A stretch of 64,000 nt of DNA from Lama guanicoe (GCA_013239625.1 MU054323.1:14884029-14948028); one strand, 5' to 3'. Positions 27,090-39,664 are shown, counted from the first letter of the stretch. Notes: generated by a model from the letters alone, not told the origin. A program made the numbers and translations.

Positions 27090-27715
27090 CTGAAGAAAAA
27101 GAAGTGTATCACAAATCACTTAGTGATGAGATCTCAAACTGAGCCACTTATTGATTCTTAACTTCTGTTTACTCTACATCATGTTAAATTATGCCAATTT
27201 CACTCTACTTATTTGGTGAGATTTATTTCAATGCTAACACTTGAATTGAAAGAATGATAAAAAGTATATTTCCTGGAAAATAAATGGTATTCTTTTTCAA
27301 CATGAAAATGATACTTAAGTTGAAAGCCAAGATATTTTTTACATATATGTCTCCATACATGAGATATATAAAAATGGTAGGTGATTTACTCTTCATGCAT
27401 CTGCAAAAGCTACCTTATTTTTCTATTTAGATTGTATGTGAAAAACAGTTGAAGTGGTAAATAAGTATAGGGGCTAGTGCTTTTATATATGATATTTATA
27501 CATATATGTATATGAGAGAAGCAGTATTTAAATCTAAAAATATGCAAAAACATAAAAATTTGGAATAGAGGAAGGTTATATATTAGTATATACTTAATGG
27601 AGTAAAATATAAGATATTTAATGAAAGATTATGCTAATAAATTTGAGATTGTTAATGAAGTGAATCATTTCTATAAACAAAATGACCACAGCTTAATTAT
27701 AATCAGGATGTTCTA

Positions 27716-27980
27716 GAGATTTTCAGATACTAATATATACGTATAATAGATAAAAAAAAACAAGCTCATACTGACTGTATAGCACAGGGAAATATATTCA
27801 ATATCTTGTAGTAACTTATGGTGAAAAAGAATATGAAAACAAATATATGTATGTTCATATATGACTGAAGCATTATGCTATACAGCAGAAATTGACACAT
27901 TGTAAACTGACTGTATTTCAATAAAAAAATTTTATATACAAAAAAATTAAATTGATTTAAGGATTAAGAAATATTAAAAA
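27716..27980 (+). mobile_element. 5'-truncated young L1 3' end with 15-bp TSD
   Basis: ctgtatagcacagggaaatatattcaatatcttgtagtaac...gtaaactgactgtatttcaataaa; TSD aatcaggatg(t/c)tcta at 27701-27715 and 27981-27995. Confidence 0.9.
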
Positions 27981-28211
27981 AATCAGGATGCTCTAATTCT
28001 AAAAATAAATAAAACTTCCTAAAAAGCATCACATTTTCCGTTCAGAGTGGCAAATGATAGTATGTCATAAAAGGATCTCTTGTAATTTTCTTAAAAGTAA
28101 CTAGAAAAAAGAAAAAATCAATATGCTGCATAATTGAAAAGTAAGTCTAAGAGACAAATGATTCATAGCAGGAACATTTTTCTCCACCTTCAAAGCTTCT
28201 GGAGTCAGATC

Positions 28212-28630
28212 ATAATCTTAAAATGTAAAACTTCCAGAAAAAAATGTAAGAAAAAAATCTGCATAGTTTTATGACACAAATTGTTCTTCACCAAAATTAA
28301 AACTTCTGCCTTTTGCAAGACAGTTAAGAAAATGAAGAGGTAAACCACAGATTTGAAGAGAGATTTTCAATGCATACATCAGACAAAAGGACTTTTATCC
28401 AAAATATATAAATAACTTATAATCCAAAATAAAAGACAAAAGACCCAATTAAAAATTGGCAAAAGACTTGAACAAATACTTCACAAAAGAAGACACATGA
28501 AAAAACCCTAACCATGTACATAAATGCTCAACTCTATTAGTCATCAGGGAAATGCAAATTAAAACCACAAAGAGATACCACTATATGCCCACTGGAATAG
28601 CTAAAATTAAGAAGCCTGTCAACGCCAAAA
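28212..28630 (+). mobile_element. L1 ORF2 3' fragment
   Basis: ggcaaaagacttgaacaaatacttcacaaaagaaga...gtcatcagggaaatgcaaattaaaaccacaaagagatacca. Confidence 0.85.
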
Positions 28631-28631
28631 G

Positions 28632-28937
28632 ACAGAGGCTCCTTTATATGATTCCTTATTCTAGCCTCTCAATTTGGATCATTCTACTGCTGCCTGAATC
28701 TCAGTATTTGGCTTCCAATTAAAGAGGAACTATGTGAGGAAATTCACTGGCTCATTAATAAAATTGAACACTGATTTTCAAACATTGGTAACAAAGGGAA
28801 AACTTCAGTCTTAGCTTCCTATCCCTCAATGATAACTTTGGACGATCTGGGATGTTTTATGTAATAGAACCCGTGGATATTCTTACAACTGGTTATAACA
28901 GTGAGATGAATGTGAGATTTTTCAAAAAGAAGGAATT
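28632..28937 (-). pseudogene. Pseudo-exon segment ending at an L1 fragment
   Basis: ttttatttccctaag|; FLLFEKSHIHLTVITSCKNIHGFYYIKHPRSSKVIIEG*EAKTEVFPLLPMFENQCSILLMSQ*...RNHIKEPL; no donor before L1 sequence starts near 28630. Confidence 0.5.
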
Positions 28938-29185
28938 CTTAGGGAAATAAAATTGTAAGATTCAGCCATTTTTCTCACATGGAAATTCTCCCTCCTTCGT
29001 TTAGCCTTCTTAAAGAAGTCAGTAGATGTTTTATCTACAAAGTGTGTCCCCAAATTTCACACATTTAAAATGTAGGAAAAAAATGCTGTCATAGTGAATA
29101 ATTATGAGAGTCTTAGGAAAGGCATGGTCATAAAAACGCATTCCTTGAAAAGCCAGAGTGATTGTTTATGAGGGAAAAATATTAC

Positions 29186-29228
29186 CCTCTACCAATAACT
29201 TTTAAGTCTTTGTATCCAGAATCCACAA
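29186..29228 (-). pseudogene. Micro pseudo-exon, 43 nt, phase 0->1
   Basis: ttttctgaacag| ... GAG G|gtaata; LWILDTKT*KLLVE; phase matches the 28937 acceptor. Confidence 0.45.
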
Positions 29229-29517
29229 CTGTTCAGAAAATCACAGATGTCAATAAAAAGCAAAACAATACAGAACAAAACTAAGTTTAGAGGTTTGTGA
29301 ATCCACTAGATCATATTTTGGTCTTTTCTTTGCGAAAGTAAGTGTACAGAATAAATTTTGAATAAAGATGCACTGGAAAACTATTCAATGACTTGTGGGA
29401 AACTTTTAAGTAAAGAAATTCTAACTAAATAATGCATGAACATGTGTACTTGCCACTGTCTCCTTGATTTTGCTTAAAAGAATACCCTGTAAAGTGTAGT
29501 TTCTTATTAAATATTTA

Positions 29518-29770
29518 CCAAATGAACGAAGGGCATATATTTGAATCCAAATAGGTAGATTTTAAAGACAGCTACAGGGTGATGATAGAAGGGAAATAAT
29601 CCTTCCATTTTTAATAGTCAAGATGAAAGATTTAATTGCAGTATGCTAAACCCAGTTGAAGAAACTGATTTGGATAAAAACTGAATCCCCATATACCTTA
29701 TGACTGAAGGAGATGGAGCGGACAGGATGTGGTGACAGTTAAGACAGCGTCTGGTTACTTACGGGAAAAT
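29518..29770 (-). pseudogene. Probable pseudo-exon
   Basis: tttgattag| ... TTT G|gtaaat; FPVSNQTLS*LSPHPVRSISFSHKVYGDSVFIQISFFNWV*HTAIKSFILTIKNGRIISLLSSPCSCL*NLPIWIQIYALRSF. Confidence 0.4.
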
Positions 29771-30169
29771 CTAATCAAATGATAATCGAACTACTTTTAA
29801 AATATATTTTAATAAAGAACATACATTCTTCCTCCAAATTGCTCTGAAACACGCCATTCTTGCCTCATTCTGAATTCTATATTGCCATTAATGAAAATTA
29901 CTATGGTTGTACATGTTGATTGGTTGAATAGATTTTTAAAAGTAAGCAACCATTTCACGTCCAAATTACCACATGCTATTAAATTTATTGCCTTTTAAAT
30001 TCCTTATCCAAAATAGACATACACACACACACTGACATTTTTTAAGTGAAAGTTTCTACTCATTCACTTTCCAGAGTTGTTGCAAATGCAACCAGAAACA
30101 AAATTTTCTTAATTATTTGGCTCCACACTGATTACTGTTAAAAGAATGAAATAAAGTTTTCCAAGAACA

Positions 30170-31132
30170 CAAGTATATTAACTTTTCTTTGAATTTTCTG
30201 TTTTTTATACCCAAATCCAATTATTTCTTTCACACTAGCCCTTGAGTAATGAGTACTGAACTCTGAATGATAAGATTTGCAAGGGAACAGAGAGACGTAT
30301 ATACCATAACATATGTGGGATTTGTGATGCTGTAAAATCCTTTCAGGACACAATCAATTCATATCTATTCACCACTGGAATTTAGTTCCAAAGCATCACA
30401 TCCATGTTTAAGTCATAGATCCTCCTGTCTCTCAGGATGGATTTTTTAAGACATAGGCAATAAAGAACATTTCTTAGAAGTATATTTAAGTCTTGGCCAT
30501 CTACTTCTGAGGGCCCCATTTGTTCTTGCAAACTATTATAAAATGTTTATTTTTAAGACTGATAATATGTAACTCAGCTCCACTGTTTTAGTACAGTTAT
30601 TTTTCCTTACAGAAAATCTTGTTATTCTGTTGTACCATTCTCACAATATCTTTATTCACTGGTTACATTTTGTTCGCTTAAATGCTTTTACTTTTTATTC
30701 TCTCTGCATTCACAAACAATCTATAGCCCAGCATACCTAAATTTGATATTGAACATTGGCTATGCCTCTTGCTTATTTCTTTTCTTGTATTTTTTGCCAA
30801 AGCCTTCCAAATCACTTCATACTTCAGAACAAACTGTCTTCTTTTCCCTTACAGATTATGCTTCACAAGGGAACTTTGCTCCTCCAGAACTTCTCTCAAA
30901 GAAAACTGACCGTTTCAGTTTCTAAGTTTGTACTAACAGATTGGAAAGCCAAATTTTCCATTCTTCTACTCCAAAATGCTTCTGAACGTAAGTTGTCCAT
31001 CAGAGTACACAAGCCCCCAACCTTGATATCTGAACCCAATTTGCTGGTAGGTCTTTTTCAAACTATTCAACCACACATTGTTCAACATAATGAAATGTTT
31101 AATTTGCCAATAGCTTCCTGTTTTCAAGTCAC
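30170..31132 (-). pseudogene. Very large pseudo-exon, about 1 kb (3' boundary uncertain)
   Basis: ttttttatgtgag| in phase 1: DLKTGSYWQIKHFIMLNNVWLNSLKKTYQQIGFRYQGWGLVYSDGQLTFRSILE*KNGKFGFPIC*YKLRN*NGQFSLREVLEEQSSLVKHNL*GKRRQFVLKYEVIWKALAK... Confidence 0.55.
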
Positions 31133-31562
31133 CTCACATAAAAAAGTAAAATTAGTTTCCAAACAAATTATTTTTAGAGCCAAATTGACATTATTTTTAA
31201 ACATATGTAATAACCTATTCCAGTGAGTTTGATTCACATTTGAACTTAAAATACATTTTAGAAAACTACATGAACTCTTCCAGAACTGTAAAGTGTCACA
31301 AAAAAAAAAATCACTGAAACAATAGGATTAATTCAACAATAGGATTAATTTAATTAATATTAAAGGTATGTAAATGGCCACATGAAACAACATAGAGTGA
31401 CAGAAGTTCAAATAACAAATACAAATTATGCAATTTTTTTCTTAGAATCTTACTTAATTATTGACTTCTGCTATCACACTACCATTTTATAAAACAAAGG
31501 GCTATTGCAGAATTTTAGAATCAGTATTTTAACAGGGCAATCATTTGTGAGTTTTTCTTCAA

Positions 31563-31821
31563 TACTGGTGGTGGGAATGTAATCTGGTACAGCCCCATGG
31601 AAAACAGTAAGAAGATTCCTTAAAAAACTAAAAATAGAGTTACTATATGATCCAGCAATCCCACTCTTGGGTAGTATCCAGAGAAAACTACAATTCAAAA
31701 GGTACATACACCTCAATGTTCACAGCAGCACTATTTACAATAGCCAAGACACGGAAGCAACCCTAAATATGTCCATCGATAGATGACTGGACTAAGAAGT
31801 TGTGGTGTATGTGTGTGTATG

Positions 31822-31861
<40 letters not shown>

Positions 31862-32325
31862 ATGGAATACTACTTAGCTATAAAAAAGAATAAAATAATG
31901 CTATTTGCAGCAATATGGATGGACCTAGAGATTATCATACTAAGTGAAGTAAGTCAGAGAAAGACAAATATCATATGATATCGCTTATATGTGGAATCTA
32001 AAAGACAACACAAATGAATTTATTTACAACACAGAAACAGAATCACAGACAGAAAACAAACTTATGGGTACCAAAGGGGAAAGGAATTGGGGAGGAATAA
32101 ATTGGTAGTTTGGGATGAGCAGAATTAGCAGATAGAAATTAGCTAAATACAAATTAGCAGATACAGAATAGCTAAACAGCAAGGTCCTACTATATAGCAC
32201 AGAGAAATATACTCAATAACTTGTAATAACCTATAATGAAAAAGAATATATACATATAGCTGAATCACTATGCTGTACACCAGAAACTAACACAACCTTG
32301 TAAATAAACCATACTTCAATTAAAA
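31563..32325 (+). mobile_element. L1 ORF2 end and 3' UTR (cetartiodactyl type) with internal (TG)n(TA)n
   Basis: ggtgggaatgtaatctggtacagcc...tatgatccagcaatcccactcttggg...tatagcacagagaaatatactcaa...gctgtacaccagaaactaacaca. Confidence 0.9.
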
Positions 32326-32439
32326 ATTTTCTCTTACATTTTTATCATTTGTCTATATCTACTTTTATTATTTTTTATCTTCTTTTGTGGTTTAACAGCA
32401 TACAATTTAGTAACACTGAGAAATGTATAACACTTTTAC

Positions 32440-33372
32440 TCTCTCCCTGATCATTAACTAAAACAGTTAATAGATTAGGCTTCATATCAATTTCTCTGAT
32501 ATCATCTTAAACACCTCCATCAGTCAGCATGAGTTGCTGATAAGCCACCTGTATTTTGTTTTTTAATTTAAATGAAATATTCCCATCAACTGAGAATAGA
32601 GAGAAACAGAAAGCTTTCTGGAAGAAGGACAACAGAAGCAGGCAAATACTCTGAAGAGGAACATGGTTATTTCTGGTGCATTTGCAAACTGGTTAGAGTA
32701 GCAGACTTCCTCTAGCTCCCAACTGCCCGGACCTCCTCAACAGCCCTGATACAGAAAACCTCTACAGGTTAAGTTTTTTCTATTTCATATATTCTAAGAT
32801 ATTTGAATCTTGGCAATACTTTTTGATAGACTTTACTGTTGTTCAGATCAGTGATCAGCTGACTCTGAGAGCAGGCTAAAAGATCTGTTTAGTCATTTTC
32901 AGCCTTTGATCCAAATTATTACAGTTGACTAAATTTAATGATTCTTTTTTTTCACCCATGGCTGATTAAGTGAGCTGAATTGATTTGGACATTTTAAACT
33001 CTCATCCTCACTCTTATATATGCCACATGATTGCTCTCTTCTATCTCTTTTTCCAATGGATGGACAGTTGGCTTTTTCCTTTGAAGTCCACTTAACTTTG
33101 TTTTTGTTTTGGACCAGACTAAGACAGGGATTACTGACTCTAATTTTTTTTTTTTGTTTGAAGCGAAGACTTCAAAGACAATCAAGGCTGCCAATTCTTC
33201 AGTGCTATGACAGGTTTAGACATAGCAGCAGTGCCAACATGACAACAATTTGTTGCAATGTATATGGATGCCCAAGAGCCAGTTGGGAATGGAGTTATTT
33301 TACTTTTTTGTGCATACTCATGTCACCTAACAAGGTTAGTGTCAGGATCTGACTTTTTGCCAAACCATTTGC
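32440..33372 (-). pseudogene. Very large pseudo-exon, about 930 nt
   Basis: cctgacag| in phase 0: ANGLAKSQILTLTLLGDMSMHKKVK*LHSQLALGHPYTLQQIVVMLALLLCLNLS*...; later GPGSWELEEVCYSNQFANAPEITMFLFRVFACF and KIQVAYQQLMLTDGGV*DDIREIDMKPNLLTVLVNDQGE|gtaaaa; frameshifts required. Confidence 0.5.
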
Positions 33373-34249
33373 CTGTCAGGTTACAGAACTGCTGACTATA
33401 TTTGAAGAATGTGAATAGAATGAGATGATGGTCTTTACTTCTAGACAGCTGGTCTAGTATAGGGATCAGAAACAGGCTTTCCCCTGTGGGTCTGGCTGAT
33501 TAGTAATATGCAATAATGTCCAAGGGATAACAAAGGAAATAAAGAGAAGATCATAGAGGAGAAAGCTTAGAAAGTAACAGATACTAAAGGAAGATGTAAA
33601 CATTGGCAAATTGGTGATGTTATCAATACTAATGTCTCTTCGTGTAAAAGAATATTCCCCCTTTGAATCTTTCAAGCTTCACTTGAAAGTATAGTAATGA
33701 GACAGACCATTGTTAACACCTCAGTTCTATTCTAGCCATCTTAAGCTTCTTCCTTTAATACCATTTAAACTCAAAATGCCCCGAATAAGTTTATTAATAA
33801 ATTTTTAACATTTGATGAATTTACCACACTTTTCTCTCTGTTTGAGTGTCTCTACCCTGCTTACTGACTAGCCAGTCAGTAACTGCTAAGCTGAAACCTT
33901 TTCACCTGGTCTCTCCTTTAGAGACAGTTATCTATCTCCTTATCTGTTCTGCCACAGCATTGTGTTTGTGTGTGTGTGTGTGTACATACATATACATATA
34001 CATATAACAGTACTTCTCCCACAAACTGGAGTATAGGCCTGTAGGTTTATTTTCTCATTAGTAACACAGCTCCCAATGATGCACACTTAACCTCTTTTTA
34101 AAATCTGAATCGTTCAACATATGTTTAATAATAGAATAAACTCTGAAAAAAGTTGTTTTGTATTTAGGCAAGCTCTTAAAGCAAGTATGCAAAACTAAAA
34201 GTGATAAACTAGATAAGGCGGCATTTTTTCTGTTTTTTTCTTTACTAAT

Positions 34250-34480
34250 AATATTAGTAAGACTAATAGCTACCATTTACTGCATGCATAGCATGCACAA
34301 AATCCAATACTGAGTTCTTTATGTTTATAATTTAATTTGTATTTTACCAGAACCCTATGAGGTAAATTCTATTATTTATCTCACTGACAGGTGGTAAAAC
34401 ACAATTTTGAGAGGTGAAATATATTTCCACATTACTAAAGAAATCACCTCCAGGTCCTCTATATCCTTACCCACAATTCT
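34250..34480 (-). mobile_element. MIR
   Basis: aatagctaccatttactg...aaccctatgaggtaaattctattatt...gagaggtgaaat. Confidence 0.65.
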
Positions 34481-34719
34481 TGACTGTCTTTGGTTTTATT
34501 TCTACCTCTTACTTGATATTATATGGATTAAAGAAAATAAAGCTGATTTAATAACATATGTTACATGTTTTATGTAATCAATTGAGGTATTTTTAATTAT
34601 AACATTGGTACTGTGATTCAAGATGGTATTAGCTTTTACCTTCTTAGGACTTAGTGCAATGATAGAAAGGAATAGAGAGGCATAAGCTCAGCGTAATGAG
34701 GAAAATGTAAGAGGGCCAG

Positions 34720-37095
34720 CTGGGACAAGAGATTTCAAACTTTTTACTGCAATTTTAAAAAGTAAATCAATACTGATCAAAAAACAGAGTGGAAAAGTGA
34801 CTTTCCAGGACACCCACAGAGAGGACAACAGCCAAGGCATGTGCAGACCTTGCTAGCCATACCTTGGAAAGATCTGAAAGTTGGAAATCCATGAGAATGA
34901 GAGGGAAATGAGAGGGAAAAGTGGTGTGAAAAACAGGATGATTAATTGACAGTCCTCAATGGAGCTTTTACTTTCCCTCTACCACCAGGAAAAACCAAAT
35001 TACAGATTGCTGTTTGCACTGCAGGTTAAAAAAGGGAAAAACATTCTTCCCTAAACAAATTGAAGAGCTATCTGGGGGAGAATTAGGACAGGTAATATAG
35101 GCTTTGCTATTCAAGATATTGGTGGAGTCACCCAAGTAGCCTATATCTCAAATCGGCCATTCAACAAGGATCCATATTCATAAATCTCGGGGTTACTGAC
35201 TCTTCCCTATGTATGAATAGAAAAAACGAACCGCATTTGTTTAAATCCTGAGCATGGCAGAGCACATTCAAAGTGTAAAGAGTGAGAGATAACAGATGAA
35301 AAAGGAAGAAAATATGTACAAAATATTTTGGTTGAAAACAACTTTTAAAATATTAGCGTTTTTTAAAATTGCATAATTAATGCACTCATAAAGTAACAGG
35401 AAAAGAGCAAACAGAAAATAAGAAAGGGCTCTGAGTAACTCAAGATTATAATTACAAAAATAATGTTCATAGGACTTGTTCAATGATCAAGTCAAAGAAA
35501 AATATCTAAGAATGCAGAACAAAAAATACATAAAAATATTAAAGAAAATGTAATCCAATGGGTTCAGTAATTGATACTTGGAATTCTAAAAATAGATAAT
35601 ATAAAGAATTATATTTTTAAAATAATAACAATAATAGGAAATATGACTCAGTTAAAGGAAAATAGGAATCTTCTCATTAAAATTACCCATAGTAAGTAGT
35701 ATCTTTAAAAAAAATCAACACATTTAAAAATCTCTGTAAAATTTCTAAACCCAAAGAATAAATACAAGGTACTAAAACCTAGAGAAAGGAAGAAAAAAGG
35801 TCACCTACCCAAAAAATAGAAGGATCAAACTGGCAGCACACTTCTCAACAGCAGTATTGTTTGCTAGAAAGTAATGAGGACAAATGTTTAAAGATTCATG
35901 AAAAAATTCTTTCAGTTTTATACTCACCCTCGCCATCAGTTAAAGGTGAATGTAGTTTTTTTTAAACATGAAGAAATCAGGAAGTTAACTGCCAATATAT
36001 CTTCTCTTGCAAAATTACTTGTAGATGCATTATAATAAACAAGGACATACAGTTCAGAAATAGGTGAAAGGAAGTTACAACTTTGGAAAAGACTTAATAA
36101 CATATAATTCAGAGAAGGGAAAGAGCAGAATTTCAAAGAGAAGCCTCCAGGAAAAAAATGGCGGTGCTGGGGGACAGATGGGATGAAAAAGATTTTATAG
36201 ACAAAATGTAATGGTTAGTAGTTTGTAACAACTTCAGGTTATGATAAAGGCATATAATGCAAGTGAAAAATAATAACAAAGAATAAGAAAGACTGCCAGA
36301 CATTTCAAGAAAAAAATTTTAAATGTTGGGCAAAAAAATCATGGTATAGAGAAAATGGACCAAATTGAAACAGGGACCTTCAAGAAGAATGGACGGAATG
36401 AAGCAAACTTTGAATGAGTAAGAGGCTGGAAGCTATCAGGGATGTGAGGAAGGAGCCATATTTCTTCCAAGAATAAAGGATGGCATTCAGAAACTCTAAC
36501 AAAATTTTCAACGAAAATTAACACTGTGCATGAAAGGCAAAGTTTGATTTGGCATGGTATGGAGTAACACTGGCGAAGTACAAGGAAAAATAACTGATAC
36601 TAATATTCTTTAAATGGCACAAAAATCTTACTAGTGGAAAAGGAAAATGAAATATAAAAGTAATATTCTACTAAGGATTTGCAGGGAATAATATTTACAC
36701 TGCCATCATCATGTAAACACATTTAACTGGCGTTTTGGGGGAGAAGAGGGAGAATCAAACTAGAGTTAAGGATTTGATGTCTTAATTACAGTTAGGGAAT
36801 AGAATGTAAATGCAATCAACCTTGACAATGTAAAAGCTGAAGTACAAATGACAGAAACTAGGAGTTGAGGTGGGAGGAAAGCTCGGGAAGTAAATTGAAA
36901 AGAGGATGAGAGTCTAAACAAAATTCTCATTCATAGCAGGGAGTATACAGATAATTTAATCCGTTCATAAATCAAGAAACAGCAAACAGTGAAGAGTTTC
37001 CTAAAGACATAGCTATAAATCCAAAAACAACGTTTTTTCATAATATAATCTGTTATCTGATTTCATTCATAACCCATGTGCATGTAGGAGTTTGA
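34720..37095 (+). mobile_element. Old L1/HAL1-like element (5' region, ORF1-like, 3' end)
   Basis: ggatcaaactggcagcacacttctcaacagca, aatcaggaagttaactgcc and a 3' end aacccatgtgcatgta...ttgataa; subfamily uncertain. Confidence 0.55.
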
Positions 37096-37199
37096 TAAGA
37101 ATTTAAGGATTATATTTCACATAGTCTAAAATGGCTTGGTGCTTCCTTGCACTTGTCTCATTAGAAGATCTTCAAATACTTTGACCACAACTTCCTCCT

Positions 37200-37295
37200 C
37201 CTTGACAACAATTGTAAGGCATCATCGATTTGAGATACATCTCAGTTTCAGAGAGATGAAAGCACAAAAATAAAAATGAGTGCCTTAGGATCGGT
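37200..37295 (-). mobile_element. MER104/Kanga-like TcMar fragment
   Basis: attgtaaggcatcatcgatttgagatacatctcagtttcagaga...gtgccttaggatcg resembles the reverse of the MER104 terminus. Confidence 0.5.
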
Positions 37296-37340
37296 ACCAC
37301 AGGTAAATCAGATTTAATTCAGACAGATGGCCCTGTTTAC

Positions 37341-37551
37341 CTGCAAGAAAATGTAACAGAAACTACTACAAAGCTGAACAGCTAATAGTGAAAAATACTG
37401 GTTCATTTCAAAGAACAGCTCATCAGCAGGTTATAGAGCTGCAGAGTGGGTGACAGCGCATCAGTTTACAGCCTTAGATCCAGAAAGTAACACTCACGCA
37501 AATATTGTTAATGACAAAGGCCTCACTGTCTAAAGTGTTACTGGAAGAAAT
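37341..37551 (-). pseudogene. Pseudo-exon, 211 nt, phase 2->0
   Basis: tatag| ... CAG|gtaaac; FLPVTL*TVRPLSLTIFA*VLLSGSKAVN*CAVTHSAAL*PADELFFEMNQYFSLLAVQLCSSFCYIFLQ. Confidence 0.55.
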
Positions 37552-37661
37552 CTATACGTATTGAGTGATGAGTTTACAATTAAACAAGAAACAAAGGAAC
37601 TTAATTATCCACTTCCGTAAGAGAAAACTCAGCCTCCTGTGAGAGCTCCAGAGAAAATTAC

Positions 37662-37885
37662 CTGAAGTTGACCATTGCATGATAAATTCCCAACCAGTAA
37701 AATGATTTTGCTACACTAAACTCATAAGTAGTTGCAACGGGAAAATGACAAGATATGACATCTCTTCTGCTCACTGCAGCCATGCTCTGATTAACAAAAT
37801 TTGCCTCAGTAAAATATGCCACATACAGATTTTTCCATGTAATACTATGCTCTGTGCCATCAAGAACATTGGTGACGAAGTATTC
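37662..37885 (-). pseudogene. Pseudo-exon with fully open frame, 224 nt, phase 0->2
   Basis: tttctttaag| ... TTC AG|gtaatt; 74 open codons EYFVTNVLDGTEHSITWKNLYVAYFTEANFVNQSMAAVSRRDVISCHFPVATTYEFSVAKSFYWLGIYHAMVNF. Confidence 0.75.
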
Positions 37886-38015
37886 CTTAAAGAAACTCCA
37901 AAATAAATAAAAAACATTGGTTCTGGGCTCTTAAGCTGGCTTTGCAATTGTGTATAAATAGTATATTTTTAAACTTTTGTTTCAGGAATATTACGAAAGA
38001 TGTTCGATTTCTTAC

Positions 38016-38171
38016 CTCCTCCAACCACTCTTCATAATTATTCTGTTTTTCAGATAATAACCAGTTCTGAATTCTTCCAGGCCACTGACACCCGTTTTGC
38101 AAGTTCTGATGTTGTACTTTGAGGTTTGCATGTGTTCAGGAAGAGACATCATGTCACTACTGCCACCTGAC
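38016..38171 (-). pseudogene. Pseudo-exon with two TGA stops and an inferred +1 frameshift
   Basis: atgtag| ... GAG GAG|gtaaga; QVAVVT*CLFLNTCKPQSTTSELAKRVSVAWKNSELVII*, then a shift in an A5 run to KQNNYEEWLEE, which joins the next exon in phase 0. Confidence 0.7.
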
Positions 38172-38689
38172 CTACATCTATCATAAGATACCAATAATGG
38201 GATAGTGATGCAAATACAATACAGGAAATATTGCAATGAATATACCAGTGTCCATATATCTATATCTGTATATATTTAAAAACATATAATGTTTAATATA
38301 CAATCCAACAATTGGAGTTTTGCTACAAGGCAACAATAAGCATGCATGTCTATATCTATATCACTATATATGAATATTTGTTTACATGTTTATAGATGAA
38401 CGTCTATAAATGTAACTGTTGAGTTAAAAGTACAAACCTTTTTACTTTTGTAATTGTTGTCCCCTAAAAACTTTTCCTCTTTCCTATTGACATCAGGCAG
38501 GTAAGTTTGTGTTTAATTGTGTGACTGTCAACTCATGATATTATGGAGCTTAGTTTATACATCTTTGAAAAAGCCTATTTTTAAGAAATTTGTATCTTCC
38601 TGTAAAACATGTGTTACAGTTTTAAATTGTCTGAGATATGGTACTAGAAAGACATGAGAATTTCTGGACATAATTCTGATGAAATTCAC

Positions 38690-38906
38690 CTAAAATCATG
38701 TAAACTTTTTTATCACTTTGCCATTGTATATGTTAAAGTGCTGTCATGTATAAAATAAACAGTGTGATTCCTAACAAACAGACAAAGAGACAAGGAAAGC
38801 ATGTGAGAGAAATCTAGTGGCCCGTTGGAAAGAAAGCCTGCAAATCTGACAACAGAAGATTAATCGCTGAGGGACTGGCCGTTGTCAGAGTGTCAGTTAA
38901 CATTGC
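38690..38906 (-). pseudogene. Pseudo-exon, 217 nt, phase 0->1
   Basis: tactag| ... TTA G|gtgaat; AMLTDTLTTASPSAINLLLSDLQAFFPTGH*ISLTCFPCLFVCLLGITLFILYMTAL*HIQWQSDKKVYMIL. Confidence 0.6.
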
Positions 38907-39136
38907 CTAGTACACATCATGGCTATTTCAATAAAAAGTATTATTTTCATGCTTCAATTTTTCCACTATACTATTAATTCTTGTGTTAACATCACATGTA
39001 TTATTGCACACCAGTGGATAGAAAGTTTTGCCAACATCATCATTTAACAAGCACTAACAAAATCAACAGTAGAAGAATTAGACTTCAATGCTAAAAAGAT
39101 TTTACTGTGAGGCATGGTTGTTTCAGCTAATAGAGC

Positions 39137-39140
39137 TGTA

Positions 39141-39210
<70 letters not shown>

Positions 39211-39250
39211 ATATACATATAGATATACACATTCTTATACATATACATAC
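39137..39250. repeat. Compound (TG)n(TA)n microsatellite
   Basis: Direct inspection. Confidence 0.95.
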
Positions 39251-39251
39251 A

Positions 39252-39548
39252 TAGGCGGCCCTCGACCTAAAGATTTTTTGACTTTACAATGGTGAAAAAG
39301 TGATACACATTCAATAGAAATTGTACTTCAGATTTTGAATTTTAACTCTTCCCAGGCTAGTGATATGCAATCCAGCACTCTCTTGTGATGCTGGGAACAG
39401 CAGTGAGCCACAGCTCCCAGTCAGTCACACACTCACAAGGGTAAACAACCAATAATACACTTAAAACTATTCTGTACCCAGACAACTATTCTGTTTTTCA
39501 CTTTTAGTACAGTATTCAATGAATTACATTAAATATTCAATAACATAT
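39252..39548 (-). mobile_element. MER47/Tigger5-family TcMar element (partial)
   Basis: gattttttgactttacaatggtg...cattcaatagaaattgtacttc...ctgtttttcacttttagtacagtattcaat matches the reverse of MER47. Confidence 0.75.
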
Positions 39549-39664
39549 AATAATACTTGGTCTCAGATTTTAAAAATATCTCCTGAGAATGTATTTTTTT
39601 TTCTTTTTAAAACTGGACTGACTAGTCAATATTTTTAAATCTTTTAATCCATTGTCCAGCTTAC

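Noticed and set aside
29186..29228. Alternative frame VDSGYKDLKVIGRG resembling a protein kinase glycine-rich loop
   Set aside because: That frame ends in phase 2 and does not join the next exon, and no VAIK, HRD or DFG motifs follow. The phase-compatible frame is LWILDTKT*KLLVE.
30756..31226. Longest ORF in the track (156 aa, plus strand) as a real gene
   Set aside because: No recognisable domain or gene context. It lies antisense to a decayed minus-strand exon and is best explained as a shadow ORF.
31317..31349. Short tandem duplications (aacaataggattaatt x2; also gataaataaagca x2 near 53034)
   Set aside because: Ordinary slippage duplications with no spacer structure; not CRISPR-like or otherwise functional-looking.
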